A stretch of 64,000 nucleotides of DNA. It comes from an uncultured archaeon (GTDB lineage Archaea > Thermoplasmatota > Penumbrarchaeia > JASLWR01). A program made the translations under genes and the position numbers. The first letter of the stretch is position 1, and each line of letters begins with the position of its first letter. The notes below the pieces were generated by a model, which saw only the letters and a program-made list of their open reading frames with translations, was not told the DNA's origin and searched no databases. Below are positions 18,317-29,049 of this stretch, piece after piece. The DNA lies in assembly GCA_964430885.1 (NCBI GenBank), contig CAYSHM010000003.1:64001-128000 (forward strand), read 5' to 3'.

Positions 18317-21300
18317 ATGAGTAGATTATTGAGAAGCAGTATTGCACTGCTGGTGGCTTTGTGTTTCCTTATCCCCGCAGTGAGCGGGATTATGGGAGAA
18401 AGCGAAGAGCAGCCGATAATTGAAACAAACACAATTGAAGAATGGAGAAATCCAAACATGAACAGTTTCAGCTCAAACCCTGACAAATCACCAGTTAGCG
18501 GAGAGCTGCCACAATTGAAAGCCCATAGAGAGAGACAGACAAGGGCCACGCGAGCAGACAACGATGTAGGATTCGATCTCGATGCTACACCATTATTCAC
18601 CGATCTGTCCGATGCGACCTATGATCTTCTTTATATAGATATGCAAGATGGCTATCGTGATTATTTCTGGGGTCACAATGGTCAGGAGATAACATACAAT
18701 CCTGTTGTAGAAAATCTTGGCAATTCCCAATTGAATTCCGTGACTCTCAGACTTGTTGTCACCTATGCGGATTTCGACGAGGGAAATGAAGCCTGGACCG
18801 TTACAGGACAGAATGAACTTATAAACACTACCAAAAATATAGGCCCTATCCCCGGCAACTCCAATACTACTGTAGAGGGTATTAACACCGATATCGGATG
18901 GAAACCTCTAGCAGGCATGAGAGTTAGGATCAATCTGAGGGTCGAGGTCGCTGGCGACCCGGACCCAGAGAACGATAAGCTATACTGGTGGCCGTACATA
19001 TACACTCATTACAATACGGTCGAGACACAAGCCGAGAAGGATATATTCACCCTCGGAGCCGGCTGGTCCACACCAACTCTGAATGCAGGTGAAGATACAC
19101 ACGCTGACCAGCACACAGGTCCCACAGTCCTTGAATCCTCACCCACTGCGACGGGCGATGCAGTTTTCAGCATGGATTTCAGCAACACCAGGGATCGGGT
19201 AATGCCTTTCTTCTTCCCCCTTGATTCTGGAAAGGGCGGATTGATGGGATGCATTTTCTCAGGCGCAGGAGCAACTTCCTCATGGGAGTTCGATCTTTAC
19301 AACACCACAACAAGTTCCTGGGAAGGCGGGGATACTGCACTTTCCGGAACACAGCCCATTAACGACGGATGGTATTCCTATCAGAGTACGGATGGAGGCA
19401 ATCCTCCCCAAGTATATCTCTTCAGGATGTACAGTATACTTTCGGATAACAGCGGAAACGGCGCAAAGGTGAAGGTCTCAGGACAGAACCTGTATCTTGA
19501 TGACTGGTGGTATTCCAGCATAGAGCCGGGAGCTGCTGAAGGATACGTACCTCAGGTAGATCCCCCCAGACCAATGGAATGGGGTTACGAGATCGACCTC
19601 CATGAGGACGAGGATACTCAGAAAGGTTTCGGACCTGGCAACACCACAACTTTCAACTATACGATACACAACATCGGTACAACTGCACAGGATTCCAACT
19701 ATCCCGGATATGTCCTCGGTGCTAACATCACTGACGTGAACATCGTGAACCTTACTTATCACGATGATATGATCTTGGACATCCCCGACCCGATCCTTAC
19801 GGATGACCTTGGCCCTGGAGAATATTATAACTTCTCCATCGAAGTAGAGATACCCGAGGATGCATTGGCCTCAGCCTATTTCGAGGACAACCCATACAAG
19901 ATCAATTTCGATACAACTGCGGATGTAGAGTCCAAACCCTTCCCCACAGTGCCGGCAATCGTCCCGATAGCCGGTAAGAACTACGATAATACCATCGACG
20001 AGGTTGAGATCAACGTTGGAGAGATCGTGGCTTTCGCTGTTTCATCTACTTTGGACAATCAGACCGCCGATAGAGGAACACAGCTGACCTACACACTCAC
20101 CGTTGAGAACAACGGTAACGTTAACCTGACAGAAGATCTCACACCCAGCAAGGATGCGGATGTGCAGGTCAGTCTGGGCGACATCACCACACAGGCGCTC
20201 GCACAGCCCAAGGCCCTCTGGCAGACAAGCGCTACACTCAGCACCCAGTCCTTGGATGTGGAGTATGAGGGCAGCGAAGATGTGACCGTAAGTGTCAGCA
20301 TTCCAGCCAACGCCTATGCAGGCTACTTCGTCCTTGATGTTGAGTTCGAGATCCCCGATTACGACCTCACCATCACAAAGACGCTGACGATCGGTGTCAA
20401 TCAGGTCTACGATATCGAGATGGACTTCGACACACAGCCTCCCGAGACCATCAAGGTCGATCCAAGCAAGGAAGCTGAGAGGACCATACAGGTAGCATCC
20501 GCACCCATCACCTTCGAGATCGGCAACAAGGGTAACGGCGTCGATACCGTTACAGTCGAGACCCTTGCCGATAAGACAGGAGACGACAGCTGGATCACTC
20601 TGGAAGAGGACAAGGAGACCATCGATATCGCAGCCGATGACGAAGAGAAGTTCTACGTGAACATCGTCGTCCCCGAGGACGCGGAACACGGTTATCACAA
20701 TTTCACCGTCCGCGTAACATCCGAGGGATGGGAAGATGACGAAGGAGAGGATATCGTCCTTGAGGAGACCATCACAATACTCGTTCAGAGACCTGATCTA
20801 ATGGTTGGAACAAAGATGGATTTCTCAGACAATCCACCTCAGGTCGGAAAGGAGACACAGATCAACGTGGTCATCTGGAACAACGGAAGCGCAAGAGCAG
20901 GAATTTTCCCCGTATTCTTCTATGTTGACGATGTTCTTGCAGGATACCAGACCGTTGCCGGACTTGACACCAACATACCCAAGAACCTTGATCCTTTCAC
21001 CTACACCTTCACAGACGATGTGGAATACGAGGTAAAGATTGTTGTTGACCCAACCACCGGAGCAACAGATCTGGCAAAAGGCAACATCAGTGAGATCAGA
21101 GAGGACAACAACGAGTTCACTAGGACCATCAAGGTAGTTGCGTCCGATCTTGTGATCGAGAACGCTGACTGGGATATCACCTGGCTGGACATCATGGATG
21201 ACGAGTACACCAGAATTGGTGCTGATGTCGGAAACTTCCTCTTCGAGGGAAAGAAGGACGTCCCCTACTCCATCACAATATCCGTGGCTAACACGGGTGA

Positions 21301-21652
21301 GGCTGATGCAGAGGATATCATGGTGAGATTCGAGGTCACCGACCAGACCACTCTGATAACCTATACATACTGGGAAGAGATATCCAAGCTTGCAGCAGGC
21401 AAAAATGACACCGTGACATTCACATGGACCCCAACAGATTACAAGAACGAATACTTCTTCGCATTCGATGTGGATCCGGACGATAACGTCACAGAGTCAG
21501 ACGACAGCAATAACGGATGGGACCTCAACGCAGACAGCGGTTACATATTCAAGACCGCAAAGAAGCCTTCCAAGGGCGGTCCGGGATTCGGATTGCTTCT
21601 GGCCATAATGGCCCTTGCCGGCGCCTGCATGGTTCTCTACAAGAGAAGGTAG
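18317..21652 (+). CDS. Probable S-layer/major surface glycoprotein with NEW3/CARDB Ig domains and PGF-CTERM
   Basis: Signal peptide, very acidic composition, CARDB motifs, C-terminal PGFGLLLAIMALAGACMVLYKRR. Visibly C-ending codon bias, GGAGG SD and a strong terminator suggest high expression. Confidence 0.75.
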   Translation: MSRLLRSSIALLVALCFLIPAVSGIMGESEEQPIIETNTIEEWRNPNMNSFSSNPDKSPVSGELPQLKAHRERQTRATRADNDVGFDLDATPLFTDLSDATYDLLYIDMQDGYRDYFWGHNGQEITYNPVVENLGNSQLNSVTLRLVVTYADFDEGNEAWTVTGQNELINTTKNIGPIPGNSNTTVEGINTDIGWKPLAGMRVRINLRVEVAGDPDPENDKLYWWPYIYTHYNTVETQAEKDIFTLGAGWSTPTLNAGEDTHADQHTGPTVLESSPTATGDAVFSMDFSNTRDRVMPFFFPLDSGKGGLMGCIFSGAGATSSWEFDLYNTTTSSWEGGDTALSGTQPINDGWYSYQSTDGGNPPQVYLFRMYSILSDNSGNGAKVKVSGQNLYLDDWWYSSIEPGAAEGYVPQVDPPRPMEWGYEIDLHEDEDTQKGFGPGNTTTFNYTIHNIGTTAQDSNYPGYVLGANITDVNIVNLTYHDDMILDIPDPILTDDLGPGEYYNFSIEVEIPEDALASAYFEDNPYKINFDTTADVESKPFPTVPAIVPIAGKNYDNTIDEVEINVGEIVAFAVSSTLDNQTADRGTQLTYTLTVENNGNVNLTEDLTPSKDADVQVSLGDITTQALAQPKALWQTSATLSTQSLDVEYEGSEDVTVSVSIPANAYAGYFVLDVEFEIPDYDLTITKTLTIGVNQVYDIEMDFDTQPPETIKVDPSKEAERTIQVASAPITFEIGNKGNGVDTVTVETLADKTGDDSWITLEEDKETIDIAADDEEKFYVNIVVPEDAEHGYHNFTVRVTSEGWEDDEGEDIVLEETITILVQRPDLMVGTKMDFSDNPPQVGKETQINVVIWNNGSARAGIFPVFFYVDDVLAGYQTVAGLDTNIPKNLDPFTYTFTDDVEYEVKIVVDPTTGATDLAKGNISEIREDNNEFTRTIKVVASDLVIENADWDITWLDIMDDEYTRIGADVGNFLFEGKKDVPYSITISVANTGEADAEDIMVRFEVTDQTTLITYTYWEEISKLAAGKNDTVTFTWTPTDYKNEYFFAFDVDPDDNVTESDDSNNGWDLNADSGYIFKTAKKPSKGGPGFGLLLAIMALAGACMVLYKRR

Positions 21653-21666
21653 GTCAAAGAATTGAA

Positions 21667-21730
21667 ATAACCGATCATAAAACGGTTATGCCGTGTCCTT
21701 CGGGGCACGGCTTTTTTTTTGGATTTTTTT
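21667..21730 (+). terminator. Tandem hairpins plus T-tract after the S-layer-like gene
   Basis: ATAACCG-N9-CGGTTAT, then GCCGTGTCC-TTCG-GGGCACGGC, then T9 and a further T-run. Confidence 0.85.
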
Positions 21731-21862
21731 TAGCGATTTATTAGGTTTAACAATATCATTTGCCGAAAATAATCTTCAAACCTCCATTTAACTTATACAG
21801 GAAAATTTTAAATATTCCCGAACTTCTCATATCGAGGTGTATAAGCTTATGGAGGCTACCAT

Positions 21863-23566
21863 ATGAAGATGATATATAATAGAATGAAATGGAACTCAAA
21901 AGGATCCGCGATATTGAGCACTGTATTGCTAATATTATCCGGAATAATGGCATTAATGATATGCCAATTTTCTTTCTTGCCCTTGGTAAACGGGGAAGAA
22001 CTGACTAGAAACGGCACATTGCCAGAAATGAACGATACAACTGAACTGCCTGACATTATTATGATAGGAGATGTCCTCAACTTCACCGTAATGTACATTG
22101 ATGGCGACGGGGATATCGGAGACGTTAGGATCAAGCTGGAATATGTAAACGCAACCAGAGGTATCGGAGACGGAGGCGACGGCGGTTATCATGCCATGGA
22201 ATATGCGGCAGGCGGGAATTTCTCAGAGGGCGTGGAATACTGGTTTGAGACCGATTTCATCAACCCTGGTACCTACAAATATACATTCAATGTCACCGAT
22301 ATGGAACTGAATGAGACCGTTGTGGAGAACGGAACCACTTTCAACGTGATAATCCCGGTCCCTGACGAAGGGGTTATAGAAGGACACGTCCATGGAATCG
22401 AGGGAAACAGCACTGTGCCCCTGGAAAACGCTGATGTGATCATATATTATCTGGACAACCAGGATAATAATACTTACTATTACAATTCGACAACCAACGC
22501 ATCAGGGTACTATATGGAGACCCTGCCAGTTATAGAGGAGGAATATCACATCTATGTGAACACCTCAGGCTATGCGGATTCAGATACTTCATCATTCTCA
22601 ATAACGACCATTGATAACCATACTGTCATTAATTTCACACTTGACAAGTTCACACCCCAACTTCCCGAGGATACCACTGGAGAAATTGAGGGATTAGTAA
22701 AGGACCAAAATGGTGCTGGAATAAATGGAGTGGTTATCAAATTGATAACTTATACCAAAGAAGCCGTCAACGGGTCCAATGCCACCCTTAAAACCTATCT
22801 CAATTTCACTGCAACTGCGAATGAAACCGGATCTTATCTCATTGAGAACATTCCTCCAGGTTATTGGGAATTATCCGCTGATGCCCTGAATTACGAACCA
22901 ATGTCAAAATTCGTGAATATCACAACTTCATTGTCAACCCTTGATATCACACTGAACATTCTTCCGTCTGTTGACATCTACACCGTTAGAGGATTTATAG
23001 ACCCTCCTGCATCTTCTATTGTGTTCTCAGGCCACGGCAAGGTTGCCCATAATGTCAGCTCTGGTGAATTTACAATAACCGAAGTGATAAACGGTAAGTA
23101 CAATCTGGATGTATCACATCCAGGATATGATGACAAAAAAGTAAGCATAAATGTCAATGGGAGCGATCTCTCTATCAACATAACACTTGATCTGAAAACA
23201 CAGGACGATAATGATACAAAAACTGTCCCTGTGGGTCCTGTTCTTGATGAGGACGGCAAACCTGTAGAAGGCGTTGTTATTGAGGTTGTTATAAATAATG
23301 TCACCTATAACGCGACCACAAATGAGAACGGTATCGCCACTCTCGTTATTCCCCTAGATAAAACCCTTGATAACAACACCAAGGTGAAGGGTACAAAGGA
23401 CGAGAACACAATAGAATGGAATTATACCGACGACATCCCCGCCTATACGGAGACCAATAAAGAATCTGAAGAAGGATCATCCGCCTTCGTGTGGATCGTG
23501 ATAATTATACTATGTGTTATCATTTTCATTGTCATCGGCGTGGTGCTGCTGACAAGAAAAGATTAA
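21863..23566 (+). CDS. Surface protein with carboxypeptidase-regulatory-like (prealbumin-fold) repeats and C-terminal TM anchor
   Basis: Repeated GxIxGxVxD..G..I.G, TNxxGxY motifs; many NxT/S sequons. Confidence 0.8.
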   Translation: MKMIYNRMKWNSKGSAILSTVLLILSGIMALMICQFSFLPLVNGEELTRNGTLPEMNDTTELPDIIMIGDVLNFTVMYIDGDGDIGDVRIKLEYVNATRGIGDGGDGGYHAMEYAAGGNFSEGVEYWFETDFINPGTYKYTFNVTDMELNETVVENGTTFNVIIPVPDEGVIEGHVHGIEGNSTVPLENADVIIYYLDNQDNNTYYYNSTTNASGYYMETLPVIEEEYHIYVNTSGYADSDTSSFSITTIDNHTVINFTLDKFTPQLPEDTTGEIEGLVKDQNGAGINGVVIKLITYTKEAVNGSNATLKTYLNFTATANETGSYLIENIPPGYWELSADALNYEPMSKFVNITTSLSTLDITLNILPSVDIYTVRGFIDPPASSIVFSGHGKVAHNVSSGEFTITEVINGKYNLDVSHPGYDDKKVSINVNGSDLSINITLDLKTQDDNDTKTVPVGPVLDEDGKPVEGVVIEVVINNVTYNATTNENGIATLVIPLDKTLDNNTKVKGTKDENTIEWNYTDDIPAYTETNKESEEGSSAFVWIVIIILCVIIFIVIGVVLLTRKD

Positions 23567-23595
23567 AAAGGTGAAAGGACAAATCAATAATACCC

Positions 23596-25530
23596 TCAAA
23601 AAAAATCCAGGGATGCCTGGGGTTTGGGGGTTTTCTTTTTCTTTTTATCATCTTTCTCAATTACTTCTTTCTCAATTTCAATATCTGGAGCAGGCTTCTC
23701 AAATGTCTTCTTTTCTTGTTTGGGTTTTTTCGGCTTAACCGGTACTGGACCGAACAATCTCATTTGAGGTGAAGTTCCCATCCCTTCCTCTGCTGCCAAT
23801 GCCTCTTCTCCAGTATCCAATACCTTGATTTGAGACCGGTCATCCATTACAGAGGCCGCCTGAACTGATGATGGAGTTTCTTCAATAGTAGATGCGGTTT
23901 CAACAGGTTCGTCCACATCCAGAGGCATCATTCCATCCTTAAGACCATCGCCCTTTTCAGCATTGGAAGGACTTCCCTTGGTGCCCAATCGATCCACGTC
24001 AACCCCTGATTTTCTCATTTTCTCTCGTAGCACCTCAGCACGGAATAGCTTATAGTCATCCCATAAAATATCAAGTTTATCCTTCTTCTTTGTTTTCTTG
24101 GACGGTGGAACATGGTCCAAAAGCATTCCCGCCTCTTCCTTCTTTAGATTCATACTATATATAATGCTGAATAACAACTTGTTATCCGATCTGGCCATTA
24201 TCTTCAAATAGGGTATAATGGTCTTCTTGGCACAGTTGGTGGTGATGTGAAGGTGGTCCGCTATTTTCTTGGCCAGAACTGAAATCCTTTTTCTGCGGTC
24301 ACGATACACAGACATTGACTTGATATAAGACGGAAATTTCATCCTGGTCCATCCATGTCTATAGGCTTTAGAGATACATACTCCGCCTGAAGCCATCTGC
24401 CAAGCATAATACCCGAACCTGTAATGCTGCTGCCTGAAAATTCTGCCTTTGAGAACATCGGCCCTTGAGAGAACATCCATGCCTCTGGCAACCTCGCCGG
24501 GATAGCTGTAGATGCTGGGCAGGTTCTCCCATATCCACTGTATTATCAGGTCCTTCTCCTCACTGCTGTTCTCCATGGACGATATGGCCTTTGCCATGTC
24601 CCTCTCCAAAAGTATCGCTTTCATATTGTCGAATATATTTTCCCTGGAATTCCTTGAACGGTTTATTGATATGACCTGTTTAGCAGTGATCTGATCTGAA
24701 CCGACCATTATACTTTCAAGATCGTTTATAGCTCCCCTGATATCCCCTTTGGATCTGGAGGCAAGCTCCCATAATGCCAAACCTTCAGCCTTTACTCCTT
24801 CCTTAATGGTTATGTATTCCAATCTTTTCTGGATCGCCCTGGGATGAGGTTTCTTGAAATTGATGGTAGTCGTGCAGCCGTGAAGTGCACTGCTTTTTGA
24901 ACCCATGAGATCATACCATTCATTAACAATAAGTATGACTGGGTGACGCGATATCCTTATGGCCTTGATTATTTCCTTCTTACCGCCTTTATCTGTATGG
25001 TCTGCACCTCCACCGCTTCCCTCGGAATCCACCTCATATAGGTTATCGGCTTCATCCAATATTATCAAGGTCAAACTATCTCCGTCATAGCTCTTGAACT
25101 CCATATTGCCTTCCTTGGAAAAACTGAATCCCTGGTTAAGTACGCTCCTGGTCACAACTTCCCTGATCTTTGTGGCATTGCGGGCGTCGGAAGCATTCAG
25201 TTCGAACCAATCCCAGCCCATATCCGAAGCCAATGCCTGGGCACAGGTGGTTTTTCCAATACCTGGACTGCCTGAAAGGACCACGGCAGGACGGAATCCA
25301 TCAATCTTCTTTTTCCTTGGACCTGATCCTTCATAATGATCCTTGAATATCTCGGATTTATGGTCCATGGAATCCCAGCCCTTCCAAATAGGCGCGATTT
25401 CCTTCCATCGGGCTGCCCATTGCTTAAGGGTCCTTACAGCATTATCATTGCCCATGACATCCTTCAGGGTCTTAGGCCTATATTTTTCGGCCAAACCGCC
25501 GTCCTTAACCATTTTTTGTGATACATCCAT
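23596..25530 (-). CDS. rfcL: Replication factor C large subunit
   Basis: EKYRP, GSPGIGKT, ELNASD, LDEAD, GDIR, C-terminal PIP box QASLDFF. Confidence 0.95.
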   Translation of the reverse strand: MDVSQKMVKDGGLAEKYRPKTLKDVMGNDNAVRTLKQWAARWKEIAPIWKGWDSMDHKSEIFKDHYEGSGPRKKKIDGFRPAVVLSGSPGIGKTTCAQALASDMGWDWFELNASDARNATKIREVVTRSVLNQGFSFSKEGNMEFKSYDGDSLTLIILDEADNLYEVDSEGSGGGADHTDKGGKKEIIKAIRISRHPVILIVNEWYDLMGSKSSALHGCTTTINFKKPHPRAIQKRLEYITIKEGVKAEGLALWELASRSKGDIRGAINDLESIMVGSDQITAKQVISINRSRNSRENIFDNMKAILLERDMAKAISSMENSSEEKDLIIQWIWENLPSIYSYPGEVARGMDVLSRADVLKGRIFRQQHYRFGYYAWQMASGGVCISKAYRHGWTRMKFPSYIKSMSVYRDRRKRISVLAKKIADHLHITTNCAKKTIIPYLKIMARSDNKLLFSIIYSMNLKKEEAGMLLDHVPPSKKTKKKDKLDILWDDYKLFRAEVLREKMRKSGVDVDRLGTKGSPSNAEKGDGLKDGMMPLDVDEPVETASTIEETPSSVQAASVMDDRSQIKVLDTGEEALAAEEGMGTSPQMRLFGPVPVKPKKPKQEKKTFEKPAPDIEIEKEVIEKDDKKKKKTPKPQASLDFF

Positions 25531-25586
25531 CTGCACACCGGTTATTTGAAGATATTTTCATGTTCGATTTTCCTGCATCCAGGTTA

Positions 25587-28238
25587 TTATGTAAGTATAT
25601 CTGAAAGCTCCAGGGAGGGCGCTGTTACAATATGTTCCAAATGGTACAGGATCTGACCTGTAGCCGCATTCAGCACCGCAAGATACTGCGTGTCCTCATC
25701 CGAATCCGAATCTGCACTGCTTAGATAATATCCCATATCCCTATCGCGGCCTGAACCTGCGTATATGGATTCCAAGGACAAAGATGGTATATCAGAAGAT
25801 GCCCCCATTCCGGTTACACCGCTGTCTATGTTCGGACCTCCGATCCCGCCCTTGGAGAAGAATATATTCTTGATCATCTCCTGCTGTCTAAATATCTTCT
25901 GAGCTCCGCCGAAGGTTACTATCTCGCCTACCTCGAAGGGATAAATATCAATTTCTCCTACATCCACATTCTGAAAGGCTTCCACAGACTGTCCTTTTAC
26001 ATGAAACCTCAAACCCTTGTCCGAACCGCTTTCTCCTAGAGTTATGTTCCACATTGAAGTGCCATCGGAGATATTGAAATATGAATCAACTACAAAGGCA
26101 TTGGGGTGAGAGAATATGAAGTTTTTGTAATCTGAACGATCATCAATAATATCCATTGCTTCCTCTATTGTAAAACCGGACATGTCACCTGAAATATTAC
26201 CTGAAACTGGAAACAGGTCCATCTGGACAAATTCACCCGCCAATTCCCCTTGATTATCATCCCATCTTTTGGCATGATGGGAGGTCTGATTATGCTGCTG
26301 ATCACAATTAAGAGAAGAAATTGAGGACGACCCCTGCTGATATCCGTTCGGCTTAAGTACTCCAATGAGATCAAAGGTGATCTGAGTACCGTCCTGTTCC
26401 TGCACTATGAAAATGCTGTATTTGACGGGAAATGCCATACCGTTGGAGATCCAAACGGAGATACTGTGCTCTCGGATACCGAAAGCGGACCTTATCTCAT
26501 CTTTGTTCAGATCTATATCCACCTTCAGAGCGGGCATACCGCCAACACTGTCAACATCGTCTATGTTCCACATATAATGAAGCCCGCCTATTCCCCCTGG
26601 TTCTCCGTCCCCGAGCCTGAATGTAAGGTTCGCCCTGAGGGAAGTAATGTCTGGATTGAGGTAATTACCGGACAGGTCCTGATAATTGATCATGGAATCC
26701 CTGATTCTATAGGGGGTATTCTGGTCCAGATCAGTATAGAGCTCCACATCCAGGTCCATCGCGTTCTTGATAGGCCAGCCCGAACTTAGATCGAAATAAT
26801 TTGATGTATGAAACATCAGATCACCTGACAGACGGGTGTTCTCGGAAAATGTACCGGCCTGATTGTAATATTCCAGGGTTGCATTCCCATATAGGTCCAG
26901 GCTCATGTTCATATCACGTCTATAGGTGTCGTGCATAGTTAAAAAACCATCATCTATCATGGAACCTGGTATTTCGTTTGCCAAGGTTTGATCACCTTGG
27001 CCCTGGACATCCATTTCTGTCAGCCGGATCTCATTATCCTCCTGCCCAAAGGATTCTATACCCTCCGGATCCATAATAATGATATTAGACTGCACATCAT
27101 AGGAAGCTGATTGACCCTTTCTCTTCTCGCTAAGCTTTACAACGATGGGCTGAATATGAATACTGACCGAGGAATTATAGATTGAATCATCAACTTGAAT
27201 GGTGTATATGATCTTGAAAGTGGTATTGGATCTGACAGTATAATGGTGTGATGGTTTCGCCTTGGATGAAAGCTCCCCGTCCCCTAAATTCCATTCCCGG
27301 TGCTGAACATCAGCTTCATTTGCATTGACAACTGTGGCCTGGAACTCAATGGATTCACCCGACGAAAAATAACTGCCGTCCTTGGGACTGTCGATCAATA
27401 CCAGAATATCGGGATTGCCATTACCTCCATTACCTTCCGTCCAATCGAAAACATTCTTCCAGGAATCAGGATATAATATGGCCAATCCAGCCAGCACAAG
27501 TATCACTGTGATAACTAAAGCGATAACTGTGTCCTTGGTTCTACTATCGTCATCATCATCACCCCTGCGCCGCTTTTTCGATTTCTTTTTCCCGGTAGGT
27601 CTATGGGAAGAATCTCTTTCTTCCTCCTCAACAGTCGGAGGTATATCATAATAATTATAGCCTTTCTCCAGAGCGGGTTCTTCCGAATTATCCAGTACTA
27701 TTACCCCATCGGATGTACCTGAACTCCTTCCTTTCCCCCGTGGACTGCCGATCAATATCACATCCTCAGGTACAGAACCCGAAACAGGGCTTACTGTGGA
27801 TACTTTGGGTTCCTTGACATGGGCATTTTTTGTGGACGCTTTTTCTTTTAAGGGCTCTTTTCGAGGGGACGGGTCCTTTGGTTTTTCCCCCTGTTCCTTC
27901 TGCAGGGAGATGACCGCAACCTTCTTGACACGGGATTTTATTGTATATTCTGGAGATCGCGCTACTGCGGATCCTCTACCCTTATCAGAAATATCTCTAT
28001 GACCTGCATTTTTCAAAGAACTTCCGGGAATGGGAACGGACCTGCTGGTAGAGATATCTCCGTCAGTGCCACCCCCAAGCTGCCCTTTTAATACCTCGGA
28101 TTTCCTTTTCTTGAACTCATCAAGATCGCTCCTGAGCAGATCTTCTAGTCCCCTTGTATCGAAACCGAGTTCAGACCATTTTCTGATCTTTTTCAGGAAA
28201 TAATCAATCTCGTCCGGCGTCGGTCTTTTCCTTGCCAT
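25587..28238 (-). CDS. Type II membrane protein: cytoplasmic helical N-domain and disordered linker, TM, PKD and large beta-rich extracellular region
   Basis: TM near aa 238-255, EWNLGDG PKD motif. Confidence 0.75.
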   Translation of the reverse strand: MARKRPTPDEIDYFLKKIRKWSELGFDTRGLEDLLRSDLDEFKKRKSEVLKGQLGGGTDGDISTSRSVPIPGSSLKNAGHRDISDKGRGSAVARSPEYTIKSRVKKVAVISLQKEQGEKPKDPSPRKEPLKEKASTKNAHVKEPKVSTVSPVSGSVPEDVILIGSPRGKGRSSGTSDGVIVLDNSEEPALEKGYNYYDIPPTVEEEERDSSHRPTGKKKSKKRRRGDDDDDSRTKDTVIALVITVILVLAGLAILYPDSWKNVFDWTEGNGGNGNPDILVLIDSPKDGSYFSSGESIEFQATVVNANEADVQHREWNLGDGELSSKAKPSHHYTVRSNTTFKIIYTIQVDDSIYNSSVSIHIQPIVVKLSEKRKGQSASYDVQSNIIIMDPEGIESFGQEDNEIRLTEMDVQGQGDQTLANEIPGSMIDDGFLTMHDTYRRDMNMSLDLYGNATLEYYNQAGTFSENTRLSGDLMFHTSNYFDLSSGWPIKNAMDLDVELYTDLDQNTPYRIRDSMINYQDLSGNYLNPDITSLRANLTFRLGDGEPGGIGGLHYMWNIDDVDSVGGMPALKVDIDLNKDEIRSAFGIREHSISVWISNGMAFPVKYSIFIVQEQDGTQITFDLIGVLKPNGYQQGSSSISSLNCDQQHNQTSHHAKRWDDNQGELAGEFVQMDLFPVSGNISGDMSGFTIEEAMDIIDDRSDYKNFIFSHPNAFVVDSYFNISDGTSMWNITLGESGSDKGLRFHVKGQSVEAFQNVDVGEIDIYPFEVGEIVTFGGAQKIFRQQEMIKNIFFSKGGIGGPNIDSGVTGMGASSDIPSLSLESIYAGSGRDRDMGYYLSSADSDSDEDTQYLAVLNAATGQILYHLEHIVTAPSLELSDILT

Positions 28239-28648
28239 TGTAACCTGAACTATCTATCTGAGGCGATATATAACTTTCCGTTTGAAAGAAAAATTCAAAT
28301 ACAATTTATATTGAAATGGAAGCAGCCATTACAAAAAGCGGCGATAAACGCCACAGTAATTATATAATAAATGAGATAATTACGCTGAGTTGAGTTTCTG
28401 ATTCCATCGGTGGAAGTCTGACATATATATATGTGAACTATATTTGCATAAATATTGAGACGGTTCACCGGTATGACCAATGTTTTTACATGGGTTATAT
28501 AATCATGTGTCATTTGGCATATCAAATCCGCTTTGATACTGCGGTATATCGGTGACATACTGGAATTCACAGTAATAATGGAATCATTTGGATACCGTGA
28601 TGAAATCTGAAGGATCATCGGCATAAAAGTAGGAAAGAGGGAAATCAA

Positions 28649-29035
28649 ATGGTCGAGTTCAAGGCAGTGATAAATAATACCAAGGACGGCATGTCCTATC
28701 AGACAGAGATAATTGGACATCATGCTAATTCGCTTGTCGGAAGAAAAATAGGCGACGAGTTTGACGGAATATTCGTAGGTCTCCCAGGATACAAATTGAA
28801 GATTACTGGAGGATCCGATAGTTCGGGATTTCCAATGAGAGGAGATCTGCCGAGCAAATATAGGAAAAAGTTACTGCTCTCTGATTCCACAGGATTCAGA
28901 GAACGGAGGAAAGGACAGCGGAAGAGAAAGACTGTAAGGGGACACACCATCTCATCCGACACTGTCCAGATAAATATGAAAATAATCGCTTTCGGTTCCA
29001 AGGACCTAAGTACCTTGAAGAAGAAAGAAGAATGA
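28649..29035 (+). CDS. rps6e: 30S ribosomal protein S6e
   Basis: KITGGSDSSGFPMR, GQRKRKTVRG; lies upstream of aIF2gamma as usual. Confidence 0.97.
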   Translation: MVEFKAVINNTKDGMSYQTEIIGHHANSLVGRKIGDEFDGIFVGLPGYKLKITGGSDSSGFPMRGDLPSKYRKKLLLSDSTGFRERRKGQRKRKTVRGHTISSDTVQINMKIIAFGSKDLSTLKKKEE

Positions 29036-29049
29036 AAGGAGTATAATAC

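Noticed and set aside
28295-28723. 142-aa minus-strand ORF upstream of rps6e
   Set aside because: Overlaps rps6e antisense and spans the divergent promoter region. No recognisable features.
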